DNA from: Macrostomum lignano
Lineage: Eukaryota
Length of the DNA stretch: 64,000 nucleotides
Direction: 5' to 3'
Assembly (NCBI GenBank): GCA_002269645.1
Contig: NIVC01001548.1
Span: forward strand, 186,001-250,000
The position numbers and the translations under genes were made by a program. Every line of letters begins with the position of its first letter. Within the stretch, counting starts at the first letter, position 1. A model generated the notes under the pieces. That model was not told where the DNA came from. It was given only the letters and a program-made list of their open reading frames with translations, and searched no databases. Of the stretch, positions 36,806 to 48,158 are shown one piece after another.

Positions 36806-38007
36806 GTAGGAGAACAGCATATCGGGCTTGAATCCGAGCTTCTCCAGGCTGGGCATGCAGGCAAAGTTGATCATAGGCGGCGGGCCGCACATCAGCACCA
36901 GGGTGTCCTCGCCAGGCGGGAACAGGTGCTCGCCGATCATTTCGGAGTTGACAAAGCCCGAGCTGTAGCGCCAGTCCTCGGGCGGCCGGTCTAGGGTGTA
37001 CCAGAGCTTGAACTGGCTCGGTTTCGAGTCGCGCAGCTGCTCGAGCTCGTCGCGCAGCAGGATGTCCTGCTCGGTCTGATTGGCGAATAGCAGCGCCAGC
37101 TGAGTCTTATCCGTGTCCGCGTGGCCCAGCACCTGCTGGATGAGCTGGTACATCGGCGTGATGCCCGTCCCGCCGGCGATCATGGCAACCCGGCGGACCC
37201 GCTTAGCAACCGGCGGCGACTTCTTGTCCGGCCGGATCTGGAACTGGCCGCTGCCTTCGTACACCAGCCGGCCGGAGGGGCCGCGCACGTCAACGCAGTC
37301 GCCCTCCTTCAGCGACTCGAGGTACTGCGACATTTTGCCACCGTCTGGGAACTTCGGGTGCACGTTCTGGAGAGAGAGAGACGGGGAGGGGAGAGTTGAA
37401 AATGCTAAACTGTAGCTACTAGTCTAGAAGCATCGAGGAAGCCAACCAAGACTGGACGGCAGAGACTTTGCCAGATTTCAATTTCTATTAAAACTGTCTA
37501 CTATAAGTAGCTTACACGCGAATATGCTGGGTGGCCGATCTACTTATTATAGTATCTTAATACAGCTAACTACAACTGACCCAGTTAACCTCCTATGGAT
37601 GGCTCCTATATTGCAAACCCCAAGCTGTGACTCATACTTCACCATATGTATATATAGAGAGAGCCTCTCACCTTGAAGTAGACCTTAATAACCAGATCAA
37701 AGTGGCCCTTCTGCTCGTCCGAAGTTGTCGGCGTGTACGGCCGGACAACGGGATCGCCGTCGATGCGGGCGTGCAGGTAGATGTGCTGGCCGACCGGCAG
37801 GCCGAGCACGTGGTCCCGGCTGGGCAGGGCGAAGCGGAACCGCCTGGTGTCGTGGCTGATGATCTCCTTGTCAACCAGGCGCAACGGATATTTCACGTTG
37901 GCGTCCTGCAGTGTCACCAGGCGTTTGGGCTTGCGCGAACCCCAGAACAGCTTGTAGACGGCCACGGACAGCAGGATGATGGCGCCGCCGCCACCGACTA
38001 TCAGCAT
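36803..38007 (-). CDS. CYB5R: NADH-cytochrome b5 reductase (membrane-anchored), 2 exons, 299 aa
   Basis: Exons 38007-37672 and 37366-36803. N-terminal hydrophobic anchor, [17 protein letters not shown] (FAD), [43 protein letters not shown]. The ATG directly follows an acceptor (ctaac...cgcacag|ATG). Confidence 0.97.
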
Positions 38008-38074
38008 CTGTGCGATTGTTAGCGAGCAGTTAATTGTGCAAGTAGATAGCAACAGATTGGGGAATACTATTTCC

Positions 38075-38345
38075 CCCCTGCATCAATTCGGGAATTCCCA
38101 AGTGTTTTCCTCTGCATCAATCAGGGAATTCCCAAGTGTTTTCCTCTGCATCAATTCGGGAATTCCCAAGTGTTTTCCTCTGTATCAATCAGGGAATTCC
38201 CAAGTGTTTTCCTCTGCATCAATCAGGGAATTCCCAAGTGTTTTCCTTTGCATTAATTAAGGAATTCCCAAGTGTTTTCCTCTGCATCAATCAGGGAATT
38301 CCCAAGTGTTTTCCTCTGCATCAATCAGGGAATTTCCTGTTGTTT
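38075..38345. repeat. 34-bp minisatellite (tcaatcagggaattcccaagtgttttcctctgca), ~8 units
   Basis: Just upstream of the CYB5R acceptor; related to the 35600-36001 array. Confidence 0.95.
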
Positions 38346-39389
38346 TCTCCTGCATCAATAAGGGGATTACCAGCTGCTTTCTCAGCTTCTCCCATAATTC
38401 TATAACTTTATTTGAATACCATTTAAAAATAGCATTCTTTGGTACATGCCATGTCAATGGTAAATACTTATTTAGTCTTCATTGATTTTTAAAGTATAAC
38501 TTTTACACTCGTAAAAGTAAAAAGCCTTTTTCCAAATGTTACTTTTTCTATACAAAAAATTATAAAAATGTCTTTACAGTTAATGCACATTAAATGATAA
38601 ATTGCAAATATTATAATTAAACACTGAAACATGGGCTCTCAAAACTACATTAGCACATTCCCAAAAACACATCAAAAAGGACAAAATTTGTACATTTTAA
38701 TTAGCCCAATCTAGAGGTACAAGTAAAACAAACTCTCAAAAATGAACTTAAACTAACCCTAATCAAACTAATAATAACTAATATGATTAAAACAAATAAC
38801 AAAAGTGAGATTATATTAATATTATGGAAAAAATATTTTGATACTCAATAGATTATATATAAGTCCTTAAAAATAGCTTTGTTGAACTCATTGTTAAAGT
38901 CATTGTTGCATTATTAAATAAAATAGTAAAAAAACACAAAAAGCATTTTAAAAGTCTGAGTTGACTGATTTGCAATTTTTTGTTTCACTTTTTTCATTTA
39001 TAAACAATTAGTTTTTAGACTTGAAGACCTTAGAATGGAAGGCTAATTTTTTTACTACTTACAAAACAGAAAGTATTCTATGTTTAAATTTTTATTTTAT
39101 TTAAAAAGACAAAAGATTTCTAAGGATTTCTAAGTTTTTCTAAAAAAAACTTGCAAAAATTCATACTAATTTAAAGTGCAAAGTTTGCCAGCAAACATCC
39201 ATATACTAAAAATGGTCTATCGTCTTTTTCTAAAAGTAAATATACTGCTAATTCCTTGTTGCAAAATAACCTTTAAGTTGTTTTCTTTCATTTAAATATC
39301 AACTTGAATAATATTAGTATATATAATATGGCTATATTTAGACTTGAATTTTTTGGGTAAAAAATGGTATCAGAAAATGTGAACCCGGC

Positions 39390-39712
39390 ATCTAAATCAA
39401 ATGCTTCCTATAGGCTTAAGAGACAATAAAGAACAATGAAATTATACTTATTATGTATTATTGTGGCATGTATGCAAGAAAAAGAATTTTCCAAATTGCT
39501 TCAGTTCAGTAGAAGCTAAGTAAAATACAATTTTCCAATCCTTATGGGAATTCTAATGTGTTATCCAGCTTCCAAATTAGATGCTTCCTATAGGCTTATG
39601 AGGCAACAAAGAACAATGAAATTATACTTAAATATGTATCATTGTGGCATATATGCAGGAAAAAAGAATTTTCCAAATTGCTTCAGTAGAAGCTGAGTAA
39701 AATGCATCTTTA
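39390..39712. repeat. Diverged ~180-bp-period tandem duplication in AT-rich DNA
   Basis: atgcttcctataggctta...aagaacaatgaaattatactta...gaattttccaaattgcttcagt...agaagct.agtaaaat occurs at ~39400-39535 and ~39580-39705. Confidence 0.85.
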
Positions 39713-42539
39713 CAATAATTTGTATGCTTAAATAATAAACTTATGTTGAATACAGTATTTATTGCAAATGAACTCTAAAAAATACATATTTTCAATAGTA
39801 ACAAAAGTGATGAACAAATAAACCCTCAAAAAGAATACTAAATGTGTTATAGCATTATAGAATGTAATATTATAAGATACTTAAAGTTAATAAATACAAT
39901 ATTAGAGTTTTTTTATCATTTTTATGAGTCATTTTAGTCATAATTTAATTTACCATTTTAACAAATCATTTTATTAAAAATAAGGCTATACAATTGAATA
40001 ATTTGTGCTTTTATAGATATTTCTAACTTTTATAAACTCAAAAAAAATTATTTTATAGCTTTATTGTTTTCAAACTGCCAAAAAAACGAATGTTAAAAAA
40101 ACTTGCTACTAATTTTTGGATTTTACCAGAAGCATTCTTAATCTTAGATAAATACTTTGGTGTATATAGCAAATAGATAGCAAGGAAGCAAGGAATTATA
40201 GGTATAGCACTATATAAATATTCTAATTATTTGCAAAAGAGTAGTAGGCCTATTCTTATATGTATTATAATTAAGCTGCTATGCAAATAAGCAGGTAATT
40301 GTTGGCATGGGACCATGGGAATAAGCACTGCCTATTAACTAGTGCAAAAACATAAATTTCATGTTTTATTTGTAAATAAAGTAAAAAAACAATTAAATTA
40401 TTATAGCACAAAAACACACAAAATAGAATAACAGTTCTTTAATATAACAAGAGGACTCGATTAATTTAAAAATACAAAACTTAGAAAGCAAGTTGTTTCA
40501 TTTTTTGGCTTTAATTAATATTCAACCCTAGCTTAGAAATATACTAAAATTTGAATGACAACAATATAGAAGATTCTAATAATCTTATCATGTCAATGAT
40601 TTATAATAGAAAATAGAAAAAAAAATAATAATAGAAAAAAAGCAAAGCAAACTGCACGAAACAATAAAGTTTTTTTAGCTAGAACCAAAACTGTAACTGT
40701 AAGCAAGCAAGACATTTACATACTAAATTATAGATGCAGTTTATACTACTCGTAATTCTAATTGTCGCATTACAACATAGCATCACGTGAAACGCTTACC
40801 GTTGTGTTAACCATGACGTGTGCTATTCTATTTGGGAAAAGCTGAAATCTCCCAGTTATTGAGTCAACGACCAACGTTTGAAAAAAGCGACCAGACCAGT
40901 ATTAAATTGTTATTAAATTTTTTCAAAGTCAGTTTTCGTGGAAAAAAGTATCGTTTAAACAAACTGTTTAATTAATATATCCTCATTTTAAACAGGGTTA
41001 AAAAAATTTAGTAAACTTTCTGCTGTTAGTTTTTTATTCCAAGACTAATCGTATTCGTTTTGTAAATTTTGACTACCGTTCAATTAAGGCGAAAGATTTC
41101 GTTAATGAAATTCAAAAGTCTTCGTCAACTAGTAAAATCCCACCACTGTTTCTAACCTAGGACGACTGAAGTAATCTATATATAATCCAATTAAGTAGTC
41201 CTTGTTTCTAACGAAGCCCTGCACGAAGCCCTTTTTCATTACTTCTATTTTTCTCTACCATGTCAACAATTTCACATATGGCAACGTCAGGGATCGACGA
41301 CAATAGAACAAACATATGCGAAATAAGCTAGTAAAAAGTAAAACAGTCTTCGTATGTAGGTGTTGTTAGTTGAGAATAAGCGTGCCTATTCGGCGCATAA
41401 AATATTGTATTGGGGGCTGGAGTGAAAGTGTTGATCAGCTCTTGAGAGCAATGGAGGAAATACAGCCAGAGCCCTCATATCGCGGAGCAAAACTGCAGCT
41501 TATGTCTGGAAAAACTCTAGCTTTTATCATTCGGTGTCGGTGCATAGCCAGCACTACGTAAAACTGACCCGATTCGTATTCTATGCGAGCTATTCTCCAC
41601 AAGAGAAGTTAAATAATAAGCATCTGTTGGTATTATTATTACACGTATAAACACGTACACGTACACGTAAATGTAAAGTGCTTGCCTTTTCAAAATAAAG
41701 TACATCGACATCGGATGCATGTACAAATCAGTAACTTCGCGTGGACGTCCGGAATATTTTACACATATATGAACGCTGGGCATCTACAAATAGTACTACG
41801 CTTACGCACGTACATGTATAAAAACTTTTTCGTCATAGAGAAGATCGCATATGCACAATTTTTCATGCCCATCTGATGTTTCAAACTACTACTCGTATAT
41901 ACTGCTTCGGAAAGGATCATTCATAAAGCTGAAAACACATAATTAGCTCGTGACCTAAGAAGCCATGCCTGCATTACATCGCTTCACCAAGGACTTATAA
42001 ATCCTTGGCTTCCATTTGTGTAAGACATGCGTACATGCGGACCATGCAGCATGGTTTATATATCGATCGTTGATACGTACGTTCGTATTAAAAATAGTTT
42101 AAGGATTTACATTTTACTGAGGAAATAGATCATAACTGTGGAAAGAAGACCAGCACCAGCAAAAAGTACAGTAATTTATACACAGGATCGCAGAAAATAG
42201 CCATGCCAGTATAATACCACACGATTAGACTGCAATAACGATAAATAAAAATATACGAGCTTATAAAGGGTATGAGACCAGTAAAAATGCACATAGAACA
42301 TTTTTGGGGCGAAGCATTATATACAGATTCCTTTCTGAAGCATAAAATCAGGCTATAATAGTGTTATTGTAATTCCACGCTGATCCTACCACGCGATAAA
42401 CTGCATGGCGAGTCAAAGTAAGATCGTTTACGCGTATCATATACTGGGCCAAAAGAGGCTACTTTACTCATTTTTATCTTGTTCTTGGCATACTGTGCAT
42501 GTGAATTCACGACACAGAATTGAGAGAGAATCGAGCAGC

Positions 42540-44980
42540 TCACGGATCGATCAGCAGAGGCTGGCTGGGATCGTCGCTAGACGTTACGGGAATCGGGACA
42601 GGAGGCTCGGAAGCTCCCGCAGCGCCCACCGCCTCCGTGGTGCCGGGTAGGTCTTCAGGCTGTACCGGCTCCGGCTCGCGCCACGGCCCGAGCTGCTCTT
42701 CCTTAAGTTCCTGTGTCAGCTCTTCGTCACTGTGCAAGTAGTTTCCAGGCGGACCGTCTCCTTCCATTGCTCGACGCAGCTTCTTAGGGTAGAATTCGAC
42801 CGGGAAGCCGGCCAGGTTGCGGCCTTTGCGCAAGTTGGAGTTGAGGATGTCGCTGAAGGGCAGGTCGTCAACGTCAGCTGCGTACGGGTCCATGAGGATG
42901 AAGGCAACTTTAAACCAGCCGAGGACGAACAGCAGTTTCACGAGGGCGAACACCGGCACGTAGAGGTCCGTCCAGTACTGCCGGACGTACGGGATCTGGC
43001 CGTCCGGTACTCCGCCATCCGGTGTGGTGGCGTTCAGCGGCCCGTGCCGCTCCAGAAGAGTCTGCGTGGCAACCACTTCGATAAAGAACCAGGTGTAGAC
43101 AGCGATTATCACTACCTGCAGTTGGAAAGATTTGCCAATCAGTTTCACCTGAGCTCTTTAGATGTCTCTAGCAATGTCAATAACTCCTAAATTTGAGCAC
43201 TGAGCAAGGTCTATATAACTATAATTGAGAAATGAGAAATATATAGAGCCGCTAGAAGTGTAGCAACTGGCTCACCTGAGTGTACACCAGAGGCAGGTTC
43301 TTGTTGGCGTATTTGTTGACGGTGCTGAGCAGGGAGGACCAATCGGAGAATGTTCCCAGCAAGAACCTGTAGGCTTCATATGTGCAGATGAAGCCCTCGG
43401 CCAGGGCTTGCTGTGCTACAGCCACTGCCCAGTGCATGGGCAGCTCGTACTCAATCGAGTAGGGCCCACGGGCCTGTCTGGCGCGTTCCTCGAACACGGC
43501 AATCTCGCTGGGTGTGATGATCTCGCCGTAGTTCTCCTGAATCACTGGGTCCTGGTTGAGCAGCACCAGATCTTGAATCAGCAGCTCGATCTGCTGCTCC
43601 CGGATGTCCTCGCGCTCGGAGACGATCCGCTGCAGAGCCGGGTAGAGGCGCTGACCGCCGTCCACGCGGAAGTGGCGCATGTCAAAGTTGCTGGAGTTCT
43701 CCAGGTGGTCGCGGCTGCGACGCATCCCCGGCACTGAGGACAGGTAGGGAGGGGAAATGGCAAGGAGTAGGATGGAACAGTAGGATGGAGAAGATAAGCT
43801 AAAAGGGAAAGGACTGGATAGGTAGAAAAAGGAAAAGACACAGAGCATATTCAACTTTTTAAGAATCTTCTCCCCCCAATTCAGCCTTGAAGCCGTACTC
43901 ACAGTGCGTCACCGTAAAGCGGTTGGTCTCGCTGATGAGGTTGCGGAGCATCCGGAATCGCTGCTTAATCTTTTCGCTCACCTTCCACATGTACAGCAGC
44001 CAGGCCAGGTTGAGGTAGCGCGACATTGTCAGCCTGATTTTCTCCGCCCTTCGCGGCTGCCCGCTGTTGAACACAATGGCCTCGATGCGCAGCGCCGTGG
44101 TTCCCATGGTTGGAATATCCTGCGGTTGGTCGGGTCTTCAATATAATCGATTCCCACTCATTCGCTCAATGAAGATGCTCAGCACTTTGTCTGTCACTGC
44201 CCTTTCTTTACCATAGACCGGCTACGCTACCTCGGGCCGAACCCGTCTATTGACGAGGTCTGCCAGCCCGACAGCATCCCACGGCTCATCCAGTTCCTTC
44301 GGGCGACAAGACAAGCCGCGTTCTTGCCTACGGAAGATCACGCTGCAGGACGGACCGCGATCACCCTGACCGGCCCCACGCCTTTGCCTGTCTGCGGGCC
44401 TTCAGGGCCTAGCGGAATGGGCGACCCTCGCCTCCCCGCTGTGTCTACGGACCGCCCTGCAGCTAAGTGAAAGTAAGTTCGCTCTTCCTTAACTAGTTTT
44501 ATCCTCTTTGCCAGTGCTTCTACCACTCCTTTCCTAAGACGTCAGGCCACTCACCAAGTATGACTTCCACCAGCGGTCCACCACAGTGCTAACGTAGAAT
44601 CCCAGCAGGAAGGTTACCGGAAGACTTGACTGCAGCTCAGCCACAGAGTGCACCAGTCGGGCAAATCTTTGCTGATGAACTTCGGGCAGCGCGTGCCGGT
44701 ACAGCAGGTTCACAATTGTGTACAGAGTAGCCCACAGCAGCACGTCTGGCCACACGAGACTGTAGACGCTGACCTTCCAGTGCAGCAGGTAGCGAATCAT
44801 CAGCGTGTAGTTCATCGGCTTCTGCTTGTTGTAGATGAAGGCAAACAGGCGGTGCCGCAGTCGCCGAATCTCCTTGTGCGCCTCGGCCGGAGTCTGCGGA
44901 TCGTCAGCCGACGACTGGCCGGGGCAGCAACGGCGGCGCAGCCGAGCGCAGAGGGACTCACCAGATGATGATAAGGACAT
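42540..44980 (-). CDS. BEST: Bestrophin-family chloride channel (divergent), 4 exons, ~558 aa
   Basis: Exons 44980-44555, 44119-43903, 43733-43276, 43115-42540, phase-consistent. Motifs LLHWKVSVYSL, LPVTFLLGFYVSTVVDRWW, RLTMSRYLNLA, LPLVYTQVVIIAVYTWF, LYVPVFALVKLLFVLGWFKVA, DPYAADVDDL. Confidence 0.9.
44161..44546 (+). mobile_element. 5'-truncated LINE 3' fragment in bestrophin intron 1
   Basis: The + frame EDAQHFVCHCPFFTIDRLRYLGPNPSIDEVCQPDSIPRLIQFLRAT...* (stop 44470) aligns with the end of the ORF2 at 4734-8552 ([46 protein letters not shown]). Candidate 7-bp TSD ccactca at 44154-44160 and 44547-44553; no obvious tail. Confidence 0.7.
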
Positions 44981-46759
44981 TGCAGACTCAGCTGGACGAG
45001 CGAGTGTGCGATCAAAGCTTTCAAATTTTAATCCTGTGCTTTCTTCTGGAGCGCTTTCCGCCTCTCAGTCCCTATGCAAATTGTAGCCGGGCAATGCAGG
45101 CCCTAAGACACCGCGTGCTTATTATGCCGTATTGTTTGCCTGGTGCGGGCAGCGCAGGCACCCCGAGGGAGAGCGGAGGGTGCAGAGAAATGCGAGTGCC
45201 GAGGCCGCGCCAGCTGAGCCGCGCGTGCCTGCAGGGAGAGGAGGGTTGAAACTTTTCTGTACTTCGTATGCCAGTGTGAATGCGGCGCACTCATTTAGTG
45301 TACAGTGACAGATTCAATGGAAAATTACCAGACAACCCCATGATCACGTGACTCACCTTGGCTCATTTTTCTACGTATGTTTCTACCTTGTTATTTAAAA
45401 TTTGAAGTTGTTTCACAGAGAACTTTATAAGTTATAATAAGTTTTGCTTGCACTGCTGTGCAGAATTGACACCCAGATATAGTTTGGACTGAAGCATATT
45501 GAATTAATCCAGATCCGCAATGTTGGCACTGCTGCCTTCAACCTATTCGTACTTTCAATTAATCCGCCACTTCAATTGCCAAAGACCAGTTTGATAGTGT
45601 CGGGATAGCGTTTTGCGCGCCAACATCTCCTACAGCTGCACTTAAGCGCCTACCACGTGTGGTTCATTGATCTGGCTAAACCTGCCAGCTCTGGACCCAT
45701 CAGTCTCGAAGTCATAGCCGATAAAAGGGACGCGCTGCTGAGACTGGATTGCATTGACCATGCAGGACAAAGAGGCCTTTTAAAGAGGGATCTTGCAAGG
45801 CGAGACTTTATAGGTTCGGGGAATGTAGCTCGTACTATTACATAATTGAATTCGTATATGCCAGCTTCTGGCCATAAATGTGACAACAAACTCTCCAATA
45901 GCGCTAATAGTGCAGAGCAGTCGTGGCCCTCTCAGACCCTAGCAGGTGAATTCTTACATATAAGCCGCTCTGGTGCCTGGATCAGCACTAAAGTACATGA
46001 CTGGCTTGAATTCTGACTCCAAATGATTGATTGAGAACTTTTTGGCCATTCGTTCCAACATCACCTTCAGCATATAGCTGCATGCTCATCTGAGCTTGCA
46101 TTTCCAATCAAAGAATAAAAGTAAACTACATTATCCGATCAGATTTGCCTTCTTACTGAGCTCGCAAGCACTGATTCAGAGCAAGCAAGCTACTTTCAGT
46201 ATCGAACACTGTATTAAATTCTGCCTTGAAAATTTCAGCACAAGAAAAATAAGCAAGAAAAGTGCAAGCAGGCTACTGAAAACGAAGCCAGATAAAGAGT
46301 AGTCCGAGATAAGCAGGTTTAAGCAGCCTCTCAACCCAACCAATCAGAAACTCAGACTTCTGGTGGCCAAAGACTCCTCAAATAGCTCAGAGCCTCTCGA
46401 TGAAGCTCTAGGCAGTTGACGCCGTAGATGATGTCTTCTGACTTGATGACGTCACAATCCGGGGAGTGGAAATCTAAAGATTTTGGAAGAGTAGGAGGAG
46501 GTGAGCAGGAAAAATCTGCGGCTTAAATAGGAACCAAGTGGTCCGCGTTTTGTTATAGTGGAACACGTTGATTCTTATTGGCTGAGCTTGTTGACAACCA
46601 AACCCGAAAAGCCAGATCTTATCAGGCCCTGAGGAACCCCCAGAAAGTGACAGGTGCGGCCATAAATCAATCCAATCTGGATAAAAAACGATTAACATGT
46701 ACATATGTACGAGTTTCAGCAATGCCAAGTCCAAAATCAACATGAAAATATAGATTAGA

Positions 46760-47150
46760 TCAGGGATGAAGAGAAGAGTACAATCGCGATGAGTTTAGGA
46801 TAAAAAGGACTATACTTTTAGCGGTAAAGGTCACAGTGGTCAAATCCGAACAACAGGCCGAAGTCTCATGGGATTGATGGCCTGTCAAAATGAGTAATGA
46901 CTATTTATGGCCTATCATATCTTGACTTAGCTGCAGAGCAGTCCAGGGAGGGACACAGCAGGAAGGCGCGGACGCCCATTCCCCTAATCCCTGAACAGCC
47001 GACGCGTCGCTATGAACGAAGGGTTGGCGCCGCCCAGGCAGGTCCCATCAGTGTCGCCAGCAGCTTATCCATAGTCGGCTCAAAGGCGTTTTGGAATGAG
47101 CCAGAGCCGCACCTCTTAGCGAGGGTGTCTGCCAGCTCGTTCCCCGAAAT
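46760..47150 (-). mobile_element. Decayed, internally deleted LINE fragment (RNase H end plus 3' end)
   Basis: The minus frame ISGNELADTLAKRCG matches the RNase H C-terminal motif. 46925-46990 (rc ggaatgggcgtccgcgccttcctgctgtgtcc...ctgcagctaagt) resembles 44413-44468 of the other fragment. Confidence 0.6.
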
Positions 47151-48034
47151 ATATATTCATATTCATATTCATATATCTCGTAATCTCATCCGGCTTAATG
47201 TACATGGCACATGCAGTAGCTATAGCTAGCCTGGGTCGTCTTAGCCGGCCGGACAAGTGCAGGCTCTGCATGGTCTTAATTCGCTAAAAATTGAGTACAG
47301 TAGAGCACATTCTGGACATTGCATGCAATGATATCTAAACTTGTCTTGGTTCTAAAAACATTTTCTCAATGGCAAAAAAGGCATACCCTATCGATATAAT
47401 TAGCTTTTAGATTTTATTCGTAATTTAATACAATACTTATGCTGCAAAAGTCGTTTTTTTGGCGATGCTTCGAAGTAAGTAAGTAAGTAAGTTTGGCTCA
47501 GGCCAGAAGCCTGTTTGGCCAATATATTTCAGTGTATTTAAAAATAATTCAAGAGTAGAAGGCAATATTTACGCATAAGTACGATCGTACGAGTTTTGTA
47601 ATAATATAGTATTTGAAAGAGCGCCTAAATGTTATTTACGAAACTTTGAACGAGCTTTAACGACCAACGAAGAAAACGTGAGGAATTAAAAAAAGACAAG
47701 TATTGTGTGAAATTGATGTATGTAGTTGGTGATTTTGAGCAAATCAGTTTAACGAAGCTTAAATATTATCTGAAATTTAAGGAACCTTTCGAGCGGAGTT
47801 ATTAGTTAAGGTAAAACAAAACTTTTAAATAATTTTCTGGTAATTCAAAGGTTATATTTAAGTATAGTGTATGCTGTAGTTTTAAAATATATTTGATTTA
47901 AGTGAATTTAACTGATTTTGCAGAAAAGTATGCAATATTTATCCTTTTTCTAATTTTGACAAAAAAGAAAGGAAGGACGAGTCGATCGGTTCACTATCTT
48001 TAATTCTTATTGGCATACTGCAAAACGCGACAAA

Positions 48035-48158
48035 AGTCATTTCGCTTTAGTAAAATATACTAGAACGTTACAAAAAGACAGACAGACGGATAGATTAAAT
48101 ATTTAGTGAATTTAGTTTAAAAGCGAATTTTCCTAGTGTTTTCCTAGTCTAGACCAGT
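48035..48158. repeat. 124-bp direct repeat, left copy (candidate long TSD)
   Basis: agtcatttcgctttagt...ctagaccagt, identical by eye to 49433-49556. Confidence 0.95.

Noticed and set aside
47474-47492. (AAGT)n run like the LINE tail
   Set aside because: The upstream sequence does not match the LINE 3' UTR; treated as a microsatellite.
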